Assembly: GCA_951406725.2 (NCBI GenBank)
Contig: OX597825.1
Span: forward strand, 14,012,001-14,076,000
Source: Octopus vulgaris
Taxonomy: Eukaryota
Direction: 5' to 3'
Length of the DNA: 64,000 nt
Shown: positions 1-12,362 of the stretch, piece after piece
Position numbering within the stretch: position 1 is the stretch's first letter
Layout of the letters: every line of letters begins with the position of its first letter
Notes under the pieces: generated by a model
Seen by the model: only the letters and a program-made list of their open reading frames with translations
Database searches by the model: none
What the model was told of the DNA's origin: nothing
Program-made: the position numbers and the translations under genes

Positions 1-53
1 TTAGCATTAAGAATAAACATTACTTCTATTATTATTATTATTATTATTGTTAA

Positions 54-268
54 GGTAGCAAGCTGGCGGAATTGTTAGCATGCTGGATGAAATGCTTAGC
101 GCTATTTCACCTGTCGCTACATTCTGAGTTCCCATTCTACCAAGGTCAACTTTGCCTTTCATTCTTTCGGGGTCGATTAAATAAATACTAGTAACGTGCT
201 GGGGTTGATGTAATCGACTTAATCCCTTCCTTACCAAATTTGAAGCCTTGTGCTTCCAGTAATAGGAT
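54..268 (+). mobile_element. SINE family B copy (tRNA-like head, body GGTCRACTTTGCCTTTCATCCTTTCGGGGTCGAT)
   Basis: Aligns by eye with the near-intact copy at 44513-44747; B-box-like GAGTTC. Confidence 0.8.
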
Positions 269-282
269 TATCATCATCGTCA

Positions 283-313
<31 letters not shown>

Positions 314-599
314 GAACGTTGATTGTATTCATTGTAGTTAAGGCAGCCGCTTCTTCAATGAAGAAATATCAACATACAAAAGTGCAGTGTGCATAAACCT
401 TTGTTTCCCCTTACATATCTTTTTTTTTATCTAATAGTATTAAAAATAGCGTATTTGGAATGTCATCTCTTTGAAGTCTTTGATGTATTTCTTTGAAAAA
501 AAATTTTCTCTTTATCTAATACGTTGGTTTGAAACTTAAAGCAGTCTTAAAACTAGCAAATGAAATTGAAAAAAGGAAAAAAAAAAAGCAAAAGAAATC

Positions 600-1206
600 T
601 ATTTGTTCTTTGAAATCTTTTATTGCATTAATCACATGAAATTCAGAAAACTGTATTAATATTATTATCAATTAGATAAATCTTTCTAATTTAATAGAAG
701 CAATAGATATATCACACAAGTAGGAAACAGAAAACTCAAGCCACAATGTTTTGAATTTACGTACAATACTTACTCTTAAAAAACCAAAAATTGTAAACTT
801 TAATTAGAAAAGAAAAATATCTAAATTAGGAAAATAGTATTGAAAATGCATTCATAATTACAGAGTTTTCTCAATAAACACTCATATTATACTCTTTGTT
901 ATTTTTCACTCTGTAGAAAACATTATTACTAGCGGCATCAACACATTCATAAATGCGCTTTTGTTTAAGCGAAGACAATTTTTTTCAGCTCCGTTAAGTA
1001 AACATTATTACTTATGATGTATATGCTATATATATATTGACAGAAATATGTATAACATATTGCTGTAGACTTTAAGAATCACAGAAATGAAATTTGGAAA
1101 TTTGGAACCAAGTTTTGAAAAATTTTGTTGTTGATTTGTTGTTGGGTCACCAGATAGCAAGACATTATACCCAATGTTTGTATGTCTTTATACTGGATGT
1201 TATTAG
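600..1206 (-). other. Candidate terminal exon of a minus-strand spliced transcript
   Basis: Long polypyrimidine tract and ttttcag acceptor (1209-1207); AATAAA at 624-619 followed by a U-rich tract on the minus strand. Confidence 0.35.
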
Positions 1207-1288
1207 CTGAAAACATTGAGAAACATAAAGATAAGAATGGGGTAATATTGTCAAAGATATAATAAAATAATAATAATAATAATAATAA

Positions 1289-1453
1289 GGTCATGCGCTG
1301 TTTATCTCGATATGATATCACCATGTCGCGTACATATGATTGTGATGCATGTGTCTGGTGTACCCTTATCAGACAGTTAGTCATGATGGGTATACTGGGC
1401 TTCGTATATTTAACCCCTGTGTCACTTTGATGGCATGCACTGCTTTCTCACTC

Positions 1454-1488
<35 letters not shown>
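1289..1488 (+). mobile_element. 5'-truncated non-LTR retroelement 3' end in (TAA)n, probably R4/Dong-type
   Basis: Unique ~165 bp segment with (TAA)n on both sides, ending ...ctcactc(aat)n; same context as the diagnostic copy at 26793. Confidence 0.5.
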
Positions 1489-1490
<2 letters not shown>

Positions 1491-1644
1491 CAATTTTCTT
1501 ATGGTTTGTTAAACATTCTGCAGAGCAACACTATGTACAAAACCAAATATATGGTACCCTAGGCATAACACTAACATGAACTTGAGGCCTCTGGGTGAGA
1601 CATGGAGCCAACTTGTAGAGATGTGAAGCAAAAGTCAAACATAA

Positions 1645-1676
<32 letters not shown>

Positions 1677-1690
1677 CAACAACAATAATG
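1489..1690 (+). mobile_element. Second LINE 3' end in (TAA)n, probably R4/Dong-type
   Basis: Unique segment (…gaggcctctgggtgagacatgga…) bracketed by (AAT)n arrays. Confidence 0.45.
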
Positions 1691-2032
1691 GGAAAATTTG
1701 TAACTTGAAATTGAACTAAATGCTTTATTATATCGATTGCATGTTAACCCGGAAACATTCTAGCAAAACTTGATAACGAGAATGACAAGAACCATATTTT
1801 GTGGAAACTATATACATATATATATATATGTTTATTTTATACATATATGTGTGTGTGCATGTATGTATGTGTGTATGTATGTATATACACACACATATAC
1901 AAATAAATACACATCATATACGATATCGATACTGTTTTATCAGAGATATATAGGATCATTTCATAAATCTTTGTAGTATGGGAGTGGCAACAGATAATAC
2001 CAGCATATAATATATACTAGAAATATGAATTA

Positions 2033-2192
2033 TGGCTGTGTGGCAAGTAACTTGCTTACCAACCACATGGTTCCGGGTTCAGTCCCACTGCGTGACACTT
2101 TGGGCAAAGTGTCTTCTACTATAGCCTCGGGAATGAACCCAGAACCATGTGGTTGGTAAGCAAGCTACTTACCACACAGCCACTCCTACACC
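2033..2192. mobile_element. Two truncated SINE-A heads in inverted orientation
   Basis: 2033-2081 is the reverse complement of 2134-2182 (tggctgtgtgg…gggttca / tgaaccc…cacagcca). Confidence 0.85.
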
Positions 2193-2613
2193 TATCATTT
2201 ATTATATTAATCCCAGGACTTCAAAATCAACAACATTGAAAACTGGCATCAATTTAACTAAATGTTACTTTGTGTCTCAGAAATAATTATTTTCATCAAA
2301 GCACCAAACCTGTAATCTTTAATAAATTCTATTTCTGTCTTGGACACATGGCATCAGTTATGAAGTGAAATAAATATTCATTATCCCACGCTAAGGTGAA
2401 CATTTCTTCATTATGGAATACACAATGTAGCCAACAATATTGAAAAGTGTATAGGTCATCCTACTACCACCAGCATGAAGGCTACAATAAGTAAATCAAT
2501 CTGAATAAGAAGCTGTGGTGTTCATGCCTTTACTTACCTTGAATCACAGATTATAATTGCCTGGAGGTTATTATCTATGCCATGAAACAAGCTATATATA
2601 TATACATATATTA

Positions 2614-2824
2614 TTCTTTTACTCTTTTACCTGTTTCTGTTATATGCCTGTGGTCATACTGGAGCACTGTCTTTCGTTAAGCAAGTCGACTCCAGGACTT
2701 ATTCTTTGTAAGCCTAGTACTTATTCTATTGCTCTCTTTTGCTGAACTGCTAAGTTATGGGGGACATAAACACACCAACATCGGTTGTCATCAAGCAATG
2801 GTGGGGGGGGACAAACACAAGCAA

Positions 2825-2855
<31 letters not shown>

Positions 2856-3019
2856 CACACATACATATACACGATAGGATTCTTTCAGTTTTTGTCTACT
2901 AAGTCCACACACAAGGCTTTGATCAGCCCAAGGCTAAAACAGAAGACATTTGCCCAAGGTTCAATGCAGTGAGACTGAACATGGAACCAAGCTTCTGTCC
3001 ACAAAGTCATGCCTGCACC
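2614..3019 (-). mobile_element. SINE family A, near full length
   Basis: Reverse complement of the head, internal (TG)n and tail of the 16654 copy. Confidence 0.85.
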
Positions 3020-3034
3020 TATGTGTTCACATAT

Positions 3035-3576
3035 TTTGTGGCTGGGTGGTTTAGAATTTTGCTTTCCAACCACATGGTTTCTGGTTCAGTCCTTCTGCAT
3101 GGCACCTTTGGCAAGTGTTTACTATGATAACCCCAGACTGATCAAGGTGTTGTGAGGGGATTTGGTTGAGAGAAACTGAAAGAATCCCATCATGTATACG
3201 TATATAAATGTGCATGCTAGCGTTTGCTTTTATTAGTATTGTGTGATAGTCATAAACAAGCTTCACCATGATGCAAGCACTTGCATAACTAGAATGTGTG
3301 CCATCCAGAGTGGCCCTTCCATTTGCCACCCCAGGACCCCATGAAAAATCACATACTGCTTACAGCAGACCAAAAAGTGCTACTTGGGGCAGACTCCACA
3401 CCCCAGTTATGCTAGTGCATGCAAACAATGTCTTTCATTTCCAATCTTCCATAAAAACATGTCTGGTCATGGAGTAATATTACCTTACTTAGAAACAAGT
3501 GAAGTTTGAGAAAAAGAAAGGCATCCAGCTGCAGACATTGGCATCAATGGATTCTGTCTGGCTAATGCATCCATGG
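3035..3576 (+). mobile_element. Degenerate SINE-A head followed by a D2 (RTE-type) tail
   Basis: ccaaccacatggtt…ggcaagtg head, then …aaggcatccagctgcagac…catccatgg tail. Confidence 0.55.
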
Positions 3577-3579
3577 TAG

Positions 3580-3788
3580 AGGTGTGTGGCTTAGCGGTTA
3601 GGTTGTTGAACTCATGACTGTAAAATTGTGGTTTCAATTCCTGGTCCAGGTGAAGTGTTTCCAAACAAAAGCACTTCATTTCATGTTACTCCAGTCCACT
3701 CAGCTGGCAAAAATGAGTAAGCCTGAGACTGACCAGTGTCCTGTCCAGGTGGAGAATATATACACCATGAATACGAGGAAATCTGGCA
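3580..3788 (+). mobile_element. tRNA-headed SINE with CORE-like central domain
   Basis: A box tggcttagcgg, B box ggtttcaattcc, body …ctccagtccactcagctggcaaaaatgagt shared with 22238-22562. Confidence 0.65.
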
Positions 3789-4138
3789 AATCTAAATTTG
3801 CAATAACATTTATACTAAAACAAAGAAAGCTGCTAATTAATTACTAAGGAGTATGTAACTATTACTGAAAGAAAGTAATTATTAAAATCAAATCAACACA
3901 GACTAAATAATTTTTTTAAAATTCTAATTTTTATGTATTCTTTTCAAAATGTGGTTTACAAACTTCTTTTATTATTGAAGACTTCAACTACAGAAAACTA
4001 ATTTCAATTTACTGTGAGATAGCTTATTTTCAACAGTGTGAAATAGCTATGGTTCCCTCTTTGTGTTTTCTCTTTCTCTTGTATATTTAATTACATTGCT
4101 TTCCACAACCATATCAGTAATACATTTCTCCGACTTAC

Positions 4139-4219
4139 AAGTCTAATCCAGCAACAACCAAATTCCGTTGATTTCGGCATCCTTTCAAATACTCTGGGTA
4201 CTTTTGAAGAAACGGAAAG
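4139..4219 (-). other. Candidate 81-nt internal exon (minus strand)
   Basis: Flanked by cttttcttttcag| and |gtaagt; two of three frames open (FPFLQKYPEYLKGCRNQRNLVVAGLD; LSVSSKVPRVFERMPKSTEFGCCWIRL); no homology recognised. Confidence 0.45.
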
Positions 4220-4525
4220 CTGAAAAGAAAAGTGGTTTTAATTTACTCACATCAATTGCATAAATATAAACTTACTTTCAACAAAGATTTAGTAAATTTA
4301 TAAAGTCGGTATATAGTTTACTAACAGAACTTAGTATATTTTCGTGAACTAACCTGAGCCAGCATTATTAAACTAGTCTCTGACTGAGATAAAGATACCA
4401 AATAATATTCTAAAAGACTACCGTTCTGTCATGTATTAATGAAAACTTTTCCAATAGAGTTCTAAGTTATTCTTCATTTGATTGAAATAGTGCCTTATTT
4501 CTGTCCATCAACCGAATATACTCAC

Positions 4526-4733
4526 CATCTTTGACTAGTCTTTGATTTATTGTCATTTGATAAGCAAAATCTGTTATCGAATGGGACAGAAAATTTTTAT
4601 CTTTCAGACAGATAAGTGATGCTAAAAGAAGTTTAACACAAAATGACAATGTCACGGCTTTCCTTGCAAGACTTATTTCATATATTAAATACGACGGAGA
4701 CGAGAACTGCGTGAACTGGGCATTACATACGCA
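4526..4733 (-). other. Candidate exon (minus strand) ending AAGATG|gtgagt
   Basis: Acceptor attttgtcag (4736-4734) and consensus donor gtgagt (4525-4520). Confidence 0.35.
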
Positions 4734-4745
4734 CTGACAAAATAC

Positions 4746-4781
<36 letters not shown>

Positions 4782-4976
4782 ACATACTCATGCAGGTGCT
4801 TCTAAATGCACACACATAGATGCTTCTAGTGTTCAAAGCTTTGCAATATAGAATGAAATGACAAAAGATATAAGAAAAATGACATATATAATGCTTATAA
4901 AGGTAAAAACAGAACACAACAAAACAAAAACGAATTTAAAAGAAATTAAAATCTATAGTAGAACATATTTGTACAT

Positions 4977-4991
4977 TACTAATATTATTAC

Positions 4992-5039
<48 letters not shown>

Positions 5040-5054
5040 TATTATTATTATTAC

Positions 5055-5097
<43 letters not shown>

Positions 5098-5132
5098 TTA
5101 ATTTTTATTATTACCATTATTATTATTATTAC

Positions 5133-5200
<68 letters not shown>

Positions 5201-5262
5201 TTATTACTAATATTATTACCATTATTATTATTATTATTATCATTATTATTATTATTATTATT
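4977..5262. repeat. (ATT)n microsatellite
   Basis: Directly visible; explains the poly-Ile ORFs. Confidence 0.98.
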
Positions 5263-5644
5263 TAAACTTTCCTGCCTGTTAAGTGGATCACTTTACAGAT
5301 CACTTCTAAGACCGGAGACATATCATAGCTCTGAGTGACAGCTGAACTGTCATTCTGCTTTTAAGGATCCTAAATACTTTCAAGAGATGTAATTCTCCAA
5401 AACAATAGCAAAATCTATCGAAAAAAAAAAAATGGTGTTTCTTGATATTTTTTTTTGGTTTTTCTTTCATTTTATTTTTTTTCGTTTTGTTTCGTTTCTT
5501 TGTTTTATTTTCCTCTACTGTCAAAGAATTTGGACAGTGAAGAACAAATATATTATTCCAACACAGATTCTCTCCGTATATCATTCTTATTCCTCATTTT
5601 AGTTTTTGTGGCTCCAAAACTATTCCATTCTTTCTCCTTCCCTA

Positions 5645-6230
5645 TTTCTTACTCCCCTCTCTTTTCTTCTCTCCCCTCTCTATCTCTCTCTTTCTCTCAT
5701 TCCCTCTTTCCTTCTCTCCCTTTCTCTATCTCTCTCTTTCTTTCATTCCCTCTTTCCTTCTCTATATCTCTGTTTCTCTCATTCTCTATTTCCTTCTCTA
5801 TCTCTCTCTTTCTCTCATTCTCTCTTTCCTTCTCTCCCCTTCTCTATCTCTCTCTTTCTCTCATTCCCTCTTTCCTTCTCTCCCCTTCTCTATCTCTCTC
5901 TTTCTCTCATTCCCTCTTTCCTTCTCTCCCCTTCTCTATCTCTCTCTTTCTCTCATTCCCTCTTTCCTTCTCTCCCCTTCTCTATCTCTCTCTTTCTCTC
6001 ATTCCCTCTTTCCTTCTCTCCCCTTCTCTATCTCTCTGTTTCTCATTCTCACTTTCCTTCTCTCCCTTCTCTCTTTCTCTCATTCCCTCTTTCCTTCTCT
6101 CCCCTTCTCTATCTCTCTCTTTCTCTCATTCCCTCTTTCCTTCTCTCCCCTTCTCTATCTCTCTCTTTCTCTCATTCCCTCTTTCCTTCTCTCCCCTTCT
6201 CTATCTCTCTCTTTCTCTCATTCTCTCTTT
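5645..6230. repeat. 46-bp homopyrimidine minisatellite (about 12 copies)
   Basis: Unit tctctcattccctctttccttctctccccttctctatctctctctt; 'cattccc' recurs at 5908 and 5954. Confidence 0.92.
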
Positions 6231-6868
6231 CACTTTTCATTTAGTTTTTCAATTTCTACGATTTTCCTTCATTTTTATTCCCTATTTCATCTACTTCTTC
6301 CTCTACTCTTTTCTCTTGGAAAGATTCCGTTATTTCACTTTACCATTTCCTTGAATTTAGTTTTCATTTTCTCGTTACCAATTTAAAAAATTCCTCCCTT
6401 TTCCCTATTGTTTATTATTATTTTACTTTTAATTATCCTACCAATGCTACACATCCAAGTGCATTTCCCCCTCTCCCTACCCACCCCCCTTTCTCTCTCC
6501 CTTCCAATGCAATTTACCATTCCTCATTGTCAACAGTACCAAACCCCCACCACCTTCTCCCCCCCCCCCCGTTCTTCATCTGACCTTGATTGATCTCCTG
6601 TCATCACAGGCTTTTCCTATGCGTTTCCTCTTACTTTCCCTCATTACCCACCATTATCCATCATTTGTTACCTACTTCTGTGATATGTGTACATCCGCCC
6701 CACCCCCACACGTCCCACCCTTTTACCATTATGATTGACATACAGTTTGATAACATTTCATGGTACCACTGTCTTCCCATTTTACCTTTTCAGCCTTTTT
6801 TGTTATATTTCATTTCTATTTCTCCCTTCTCTCTCTCTCTATCTTTCTCTCTTTCAATGTATATATAT

Positions 6869-6910
<42 letters not shown>

Positions 6911-6924
6911 TTTGCCATGATAGA

Positions 6925-7098
6925 TCGCTAGCCACTACTCATTCTTTATTTTCTCTCCTTGTTTCTTTCTGTGTTCCGTTCTGTGGAAGAGCGTCGGCTC
7001 GAAATGTTAAAGACTTTTTCACTTCCCGAGCGTTATACTAATACACCTGTTTGTTGTCTACACCACCTGCCTTCGTCTTTTGTTTTTTTGTGAATTCT

Positions 7099-7101
<3 letters not shown>
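6925..7101 (+). mobile_element. Repeat family F (Penelope pLTR-like) with hammerhead-like motif at 6977-7012
   Basis: Homologous to 14320-14460, 14515-14668 and 23199-23285; sits in (TA)n; CTGTGGA-A-GAGC/GCTC-GAAA. Confidence 0.6.
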
Positions 7102-7127
<26 letters not shown>

Positions 7128-7129
<2 letters not shown>

Positions 7130-7455
7130 GCCCATGCCGGTGACATGTAAAAAGCACCGTCCGAACATGGCAGATGCCAGCGCCGCCTGACTGGCGCCTG
7201 TGTCGGTGACACATAAAAAAGCACCAACCGATCATGGCCGTTTGCTACCCTCCTCTGACCCCTGTGCCGGTGGCACATAAAAAGCACCCACTACACGCTC
7301 ATGGAGTGGTTGGCGTTAGGAAGGGCATCCAGCTGTAGAAACACTACCAGATCAGACTGGAGCCTGGTGCAGCCGCCTGGCTTCCCAGACCCTGGTCAAA
7401 CCGTCCAACCCATGCTAGCATGGAAAACGACGTTAAATGATGATGATGATGATGA
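7128..7455 (+). mobile_element. Family D element (tandem ~65-bp units, RTE-type tail, (GAT)n)
   Basis: Three gtgccggtggcacgtaaaaagcacc-like units, ggaagggcatccagctgtagaaa, (GAT)n end. Confidence 0.85.
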
Positions 7456-7771
7456 TATATATATATATATATACCTTTCTTTCCATTCTTTTACTTTCAT
7501 CCTTTCATTCTCACTATCTTTACTAATCTTTATATTGTCATTCAGTCTTACTTCTTGTACCTTCCTCAATAGTCTTGATTCTCATACTGCTACTACTACT
7601 TCTTTTGTAGCAGCTAATAGTAGTTGAGTTGAAGAGAACAGTGATACAGGTATTAACAATAATGTGGGCATCCAACTACAAAAGCAATTAATTCATCAAT
7701 TTTCCTTTACATATTTGTTATATATATTTTGAAGATAGTTTTGTCTGGCAAGTGATTTGATCTGAGAATCT

Positions 7772-8256
7772 TCATCATCATCATCATCATCCTTTAACAT
7801 CTGTTATCCATGCTGGCATGGGTTGGACAGTTTTGACAGGAGTTTGGGCCAAGAAGACCTACCTTGGCACCATATCTATTTTGGCATGTCTGTTTCTATG
7901 GCTGGGTGCCCTTCCTAGTGCCAACCCCTTTACAGAGTGTACTGGGGATTTTTACCCAGTGCCAGCATGGACGCATTTACATTGCACCGGAACAGGTGCT
8001 TTTAGCATGGCACCAGCACCCAGGAACCCTCAAGATTAGGTATGCCAGGCTGGGGGAGGGATGCAGGGGACACATCTGTATGCAGGGGACAACTGTGCTT
8101 TTACTTAACTTAGCATATTTTCTCAAGCAAAGCAAACCACCGGACGTCTTGGTCCCCTATCATCTCCTCCGCGAGTTCCAATGTCTGTAGAGCCTTTTTC
8201 ACCTTTTCATCCCATGTCTTCTTGGGTCTACCCCTTCCACGTGCTCCCTCTGCAAT
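7772..8256 (-). mobile_element. 3' end of an RTE-clade LINE (ORF C-terminus, 3'UTR, (GAT)n tail)
   Basis: Peptide EGARGRGRPKKTWDEKVKKALQTL…DQDVRW matches the RTE C-terminal GRGRPxxxW…DRxxW motif; 3'UTR resembles the family D tail. Confidence 0.75.
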
Positions 8257-8359
8257 TAAAGGATCTTGGTGTGTTGAAGCTAAAACAGTTACAGCATAGA
8301 AGACACATGTATTAGCCATTCAAAACGATTATTAACTTCACTTAAACATTTATTATTTG

Positions 8360-8752
8360 CTGTGGCTGTGTGGTAAGTAGTTTGCCTACCAACCACATGG
8401 TTCTGGATTTATTCCCACTGTGTGGCACCTTGGGCAAGTGTCTTCTACTATAGCCTTGGGCCGACCAATGCCTTGTGTGTGGATTTGGTAGACAGAAACT
8501 GAAAGAAGCTCTTCGTATATATGTATATATGTATCTGTGTGTATATGTTTGTGTGTCTGTGTTTGTCCCTGCAACTTCACTTGACAACCAATGCTGGTGT
8601 GTTTACATCCCCCATAACTTAGCAGTTCGGCAAAAGATACTGATAGAATAAGTACTAGGCTTCCAAAGAATAAGTCCTGGGGTTGATTTGCTCGACTAAA
8701 AAGGTGGTGCTCCAGTATGGCTACAGTCAAATGACTGAAACAAGTAAAAGAG
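8360..8752 (+). mobile_element. SINE family A
   Basis: Head, body and aagtaaaagag tail match the other A copies. Confidence 0.9.
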
Positions 8753-8849
8753 TATCAAAAGTTTCCTCAATCTAACAGCAACGTTCTAACCAATGTAGTT
8801 CTGGATCTGTTTTATAATTATCTTTATATGTATGTATAAATTAGTGTGT

Positions 8850-8896
<47 letters not shown>

Positions 8897-9124
8897 TGTA
8901 TGAGCTGAATGCATGTAATACACCTTAGTTAATCCTGAGTTCTTTTATCGTTTTAAAACTACTTTCCTGTTACATCTTCATGTTTTTCTATCTCTTCTTC
9001 CTGTCTTTGTCTTTCTTTTATTTTTCATTCATCAATTTGAACACTTTTTTCCCCTGATATTCACACCCACATGTGTGTATTTGCATATACACATATTTGA
9101 GTTTGTATATATATATATATATAG

Positions 9125-9414
9125 CATGATCATTACCAGCGTTGCCTTACTGGCACGTGAAAAAGCATTCTAGCGAGGTCATTGCCAGTGCTGCTGGACT
9201 GGCTCCTGTGCAGGTGGGATGTAAAAGGCACCATTTGGGCATGGCCATGGCCAATACCACCTGACTGGCCCTCATGCCGGTGGTACGTAAAAGCACGCAC
9301 TACACTCTGCCAGATCAGATTGGAGCCTGGTGCAGCTATCTGGTTTGCCAGCCCTCAGTCAAATCATCCATCCCTTGCTAGCATGGAAAGTGGGTTTTAA
9401 ATGATGATGATGAT
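9125..9414 (+). mobile_element. Family D element
   Basis: Tandem units plus ccatcccttgctagcatggaaa…(GAT)n. Confidence 0.8.
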
Positions 9415-9469
9415 ATGTGTGTGTGATGTTATTTTGAGTGCATTTAGATCCCACTAACCAACCTCTTTC

Positions 9470-10335
9470 ATGCATCCCTGTCCTCCATCAGTTTTTTTTC
9501 AACATTACTCCAGAAGCCATACATAAGTTCAACAAACTCTCTCTTTTCTTTCACCATACATCTTTCCTTTACCAACATCAATTTTTTTCACCACTCAAAC
9601 AGAAGTCTGTGTTGTTTGATGCTTTCTCTTAATAGTTGTATATTTTCATGCAACGCATTGTTCAGTAAATGTTCTTCACAAGAAATATTCTTCGCCTTCC
9701 TTAACATCTTCATATACATTCCATTTAGCTTGTTTTCTATTGCTTTCATAAATTTCCAGCATTCATATCAATATATCTTCTACAGCAATTCTAAAAAGCT
9801 GTGTATTTCGAGGTCGTTAGACAGATTTATTTCTTGTATTACAGACATCTTGTTCATTGCTGACCATTCCAATACAATTCTTACTTCACTGTTTCTTTCT
9901 TTGAACTTTCCATCCACAATCCCAAATATCTAAAGTCATTTACACATTTCAAGTTGGCATCTTTTGATGGTTTAATATCTTCTTTTGGTTGATTAAAAAC
10001 CATAAACTCAGACTTATTATCCACTCTGTTTTGCAGCTTCTTCAATTTGTTGAAGTAATGGTTAAGCTTTCTTGATAGCATCAAAAGCACAAACTTGTAT
10101 CATCTACATATTCTGTGTCCAGTAATAACAGTTGCAGAATAGCATTGGCTTTTCCAAAGAGCTATATTGGAAACCTGTTTCTTCTACATCTGTTGTAGCA
10201 ATTAGAAATGAGTAGTTCAACGCTACAATGACTAGTAGGAGCTCAAGTGTGTCCTCTTGTAGTACTCTTACCAGGAGCTCAGCAAAATCTGTGTTGGAAA
10301 TTACAGTTGTTTGCCTTGTGAATGAATTTGAGAGA
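9470..10335 (-). pseudogene. Highly decayed RTE-type reverse transcriptase ORF
   Basis: Remnants VLQEDTLELLLVIVALNY (cf. GVLQGDTLAPYLF…LDY), VNDFRYLGLW (cf. FKYLGSW), MYTRMLRKAKNIS; many stops and frameshifts. Confidence 0.7.
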
Positions 10336-10350
10336 AACCCATTGTTATAA

Positions 10351-10574
10351 GTGTGTGTGTGTGTGTGTGTGTCCATGTTTGCCCATTACTGCATAACAAA
10401 CAGTGTTTGTTTGTTTATGTCACTGTACCTTAGAAGTTTGGCAAAGAGACCGATAGAATGAAGTACCAGACTTTAAAAATAAGTCCTGAGGTTGATTTGA
10501 TTAACTAAATTCCTTCAAAGCATTACACCAACAAAAAACACAGAAAATTGACTGAAACAAGTAAAAGATAAGAT
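10351..10574 (+). mobile_element. SINE-A tail fragment
   Basis: ggcaaagagaccgatagaat…aagtcctg…gactgaaacaagtaaaaga. Confidence 0.75.
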
Positions 10575-10576
10575 AT

Positions 10577-10660
<84 letters not shown>

Positions 10661-11256
10661 TAGATAGATATAGATATAGTTTATATATATATATATATAT
10701 ATAGATAGATAGATAATTGCATTATTCTCACCACCCTGCCTCTCACATCTCCCTTCTCCTATTTCTCTTCATTACTGTAACTACAATTTCGTCTGCTTAT
10801 ACAACCATATGCAAACATTCACACAAAACAATACTGATAAAGAGTCATATGCACAAAATATTAAATTCTACTTCACCTCATGGGACAACATTCAACTTCT
10901 CAATTAGGTTTGTATTTTCACTTAATCTGCAAACTGCTTCATAACCTAAAGTTCCAAGTTCAAATGCTTTTCTTAGATAGCTGATTTTTTTCGTTCCTTA
11001 AAGTTAGATAGCAAGAAATAACCATATATAAGGTGTGAAAGCTAGGCCATGTTCTCCTTGTATATGGTAGTGATATTGTTGCTATTGAGTGACATCAATT
11101 AATCAATCCTGTTGGGCAGATATCAGGCATGTAGATTACTAATTAACCATTCTGTAGTAAGTTAACGTATGTCATACACTTTATCATTCTCTGATTTGGA
11201 TCATGTATGACAATCAGGGTATCAAGTATAGTGATATTGCAAGTTGATCTCCTTAT

Positions 11257-11338
11257 TCACCACCACCATCACCATCATCATCATCATCATCATCATCATG
11301 ATCATCAACACCATCATCATCATCATTATCATCAACAC

Positions 11339-11437
<99 letters not shown>

Positions 11438-11584
11438 CATCATCATTACAACCACAACCATCCTCTTCTTTCTCCTCCTCCTCCTCCTCCTCTCCTTTTC
11501 CTCTTCCTCTCCTCTTCCTCCTCCTTATCATCATTACCGCTATCATCATTATCACTGCCACCACCACCAACACCATCGTCGTTG

Positions 11585-11624
<40 letters not shown>

Positions 11625-11625
11625 T
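11257..11625. repeat. (CAT)n/(CCT)n compound microsatellite
   Basis: Directly visible; explains the poly-His/Asp/Met ORFs. Confidence 0.97.
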
Positions 11626-12147
11626 ACTGTAATCAATTTTGTTTTTTTTTCCCCTTTTTGGCTTTCTCCTCCTTCTTCTCCCAACTTCATTCTTTTCTTC
11701 CATTTCCCTCAGGCATTACCTTAATTTCACCCAGAATCAGATTTTATCAATCGTAAATATTCCAAACTTTTAAGAATTACTTAATTTTGCTCGCGCACAT
11801 TATTCCACCACTGTAACTTTACTTACCGATGCAATCAATAGATCCCCATCCACCACCACCACCACCACCCCTCCACCCTTTCCCCGTCATGTCTACCACA
11901 ATGGCTCAGTAGAATATTTATTTTTGGTGTTCTATATGGATACAGACATAACAAGTTTGCTTTGTAACTGTATGGCTTTAGGTTCAATCCCAGTACGATA
12001 TTCATTGCTCTTGTACCATAGCTTTGGGTCAACCAAAGACATATGTGTGGAATTTGGTAAATGGAAACTCTGAGTAAACTCATAGAGGAATTGTTCTTAT
12101 TTTAGGGTGGCAGGTTTAATGCATCACCCAATTTAATATGGCCACAA

Positions 12148-12362
12148 AGGTGGTGACCTGGCAGAATCATTAACATGCTGGACAAATCGTTTAACAGTGA
12201 TGGACCCTTCTTTCCATTCTGAGTTCAGTTTCTGCCAAGGTCACCTTTGCCTTTCATCCTTTCAGGGTCGATAAAATAAATACCAGATGTACACTGAGGT
12301 TGATGTAACTATCATACACCCTAGTCTGAAATTGTGGGATTTTGTCCCAGAATTTGAAACCA
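12148..12362 (+). mobile_element. SINE family B (diverged)
   Basis: ggtcacctttgcctttcatcctttcagggtcgataaa body. Confidence 0.75.

Noticed and set aside
5455-6354. 299-aa ORF, the longest in the track
   Set aside because: It is the translation of the 46-bp pyrimidine minisatellite, which lacks stops by composition.
11207-11756. Poly-His/Asp/Met ORFs (also 43727-44273)
   Set aside because: (CAT)n microsatellite open in most frames; no flanking coding context.
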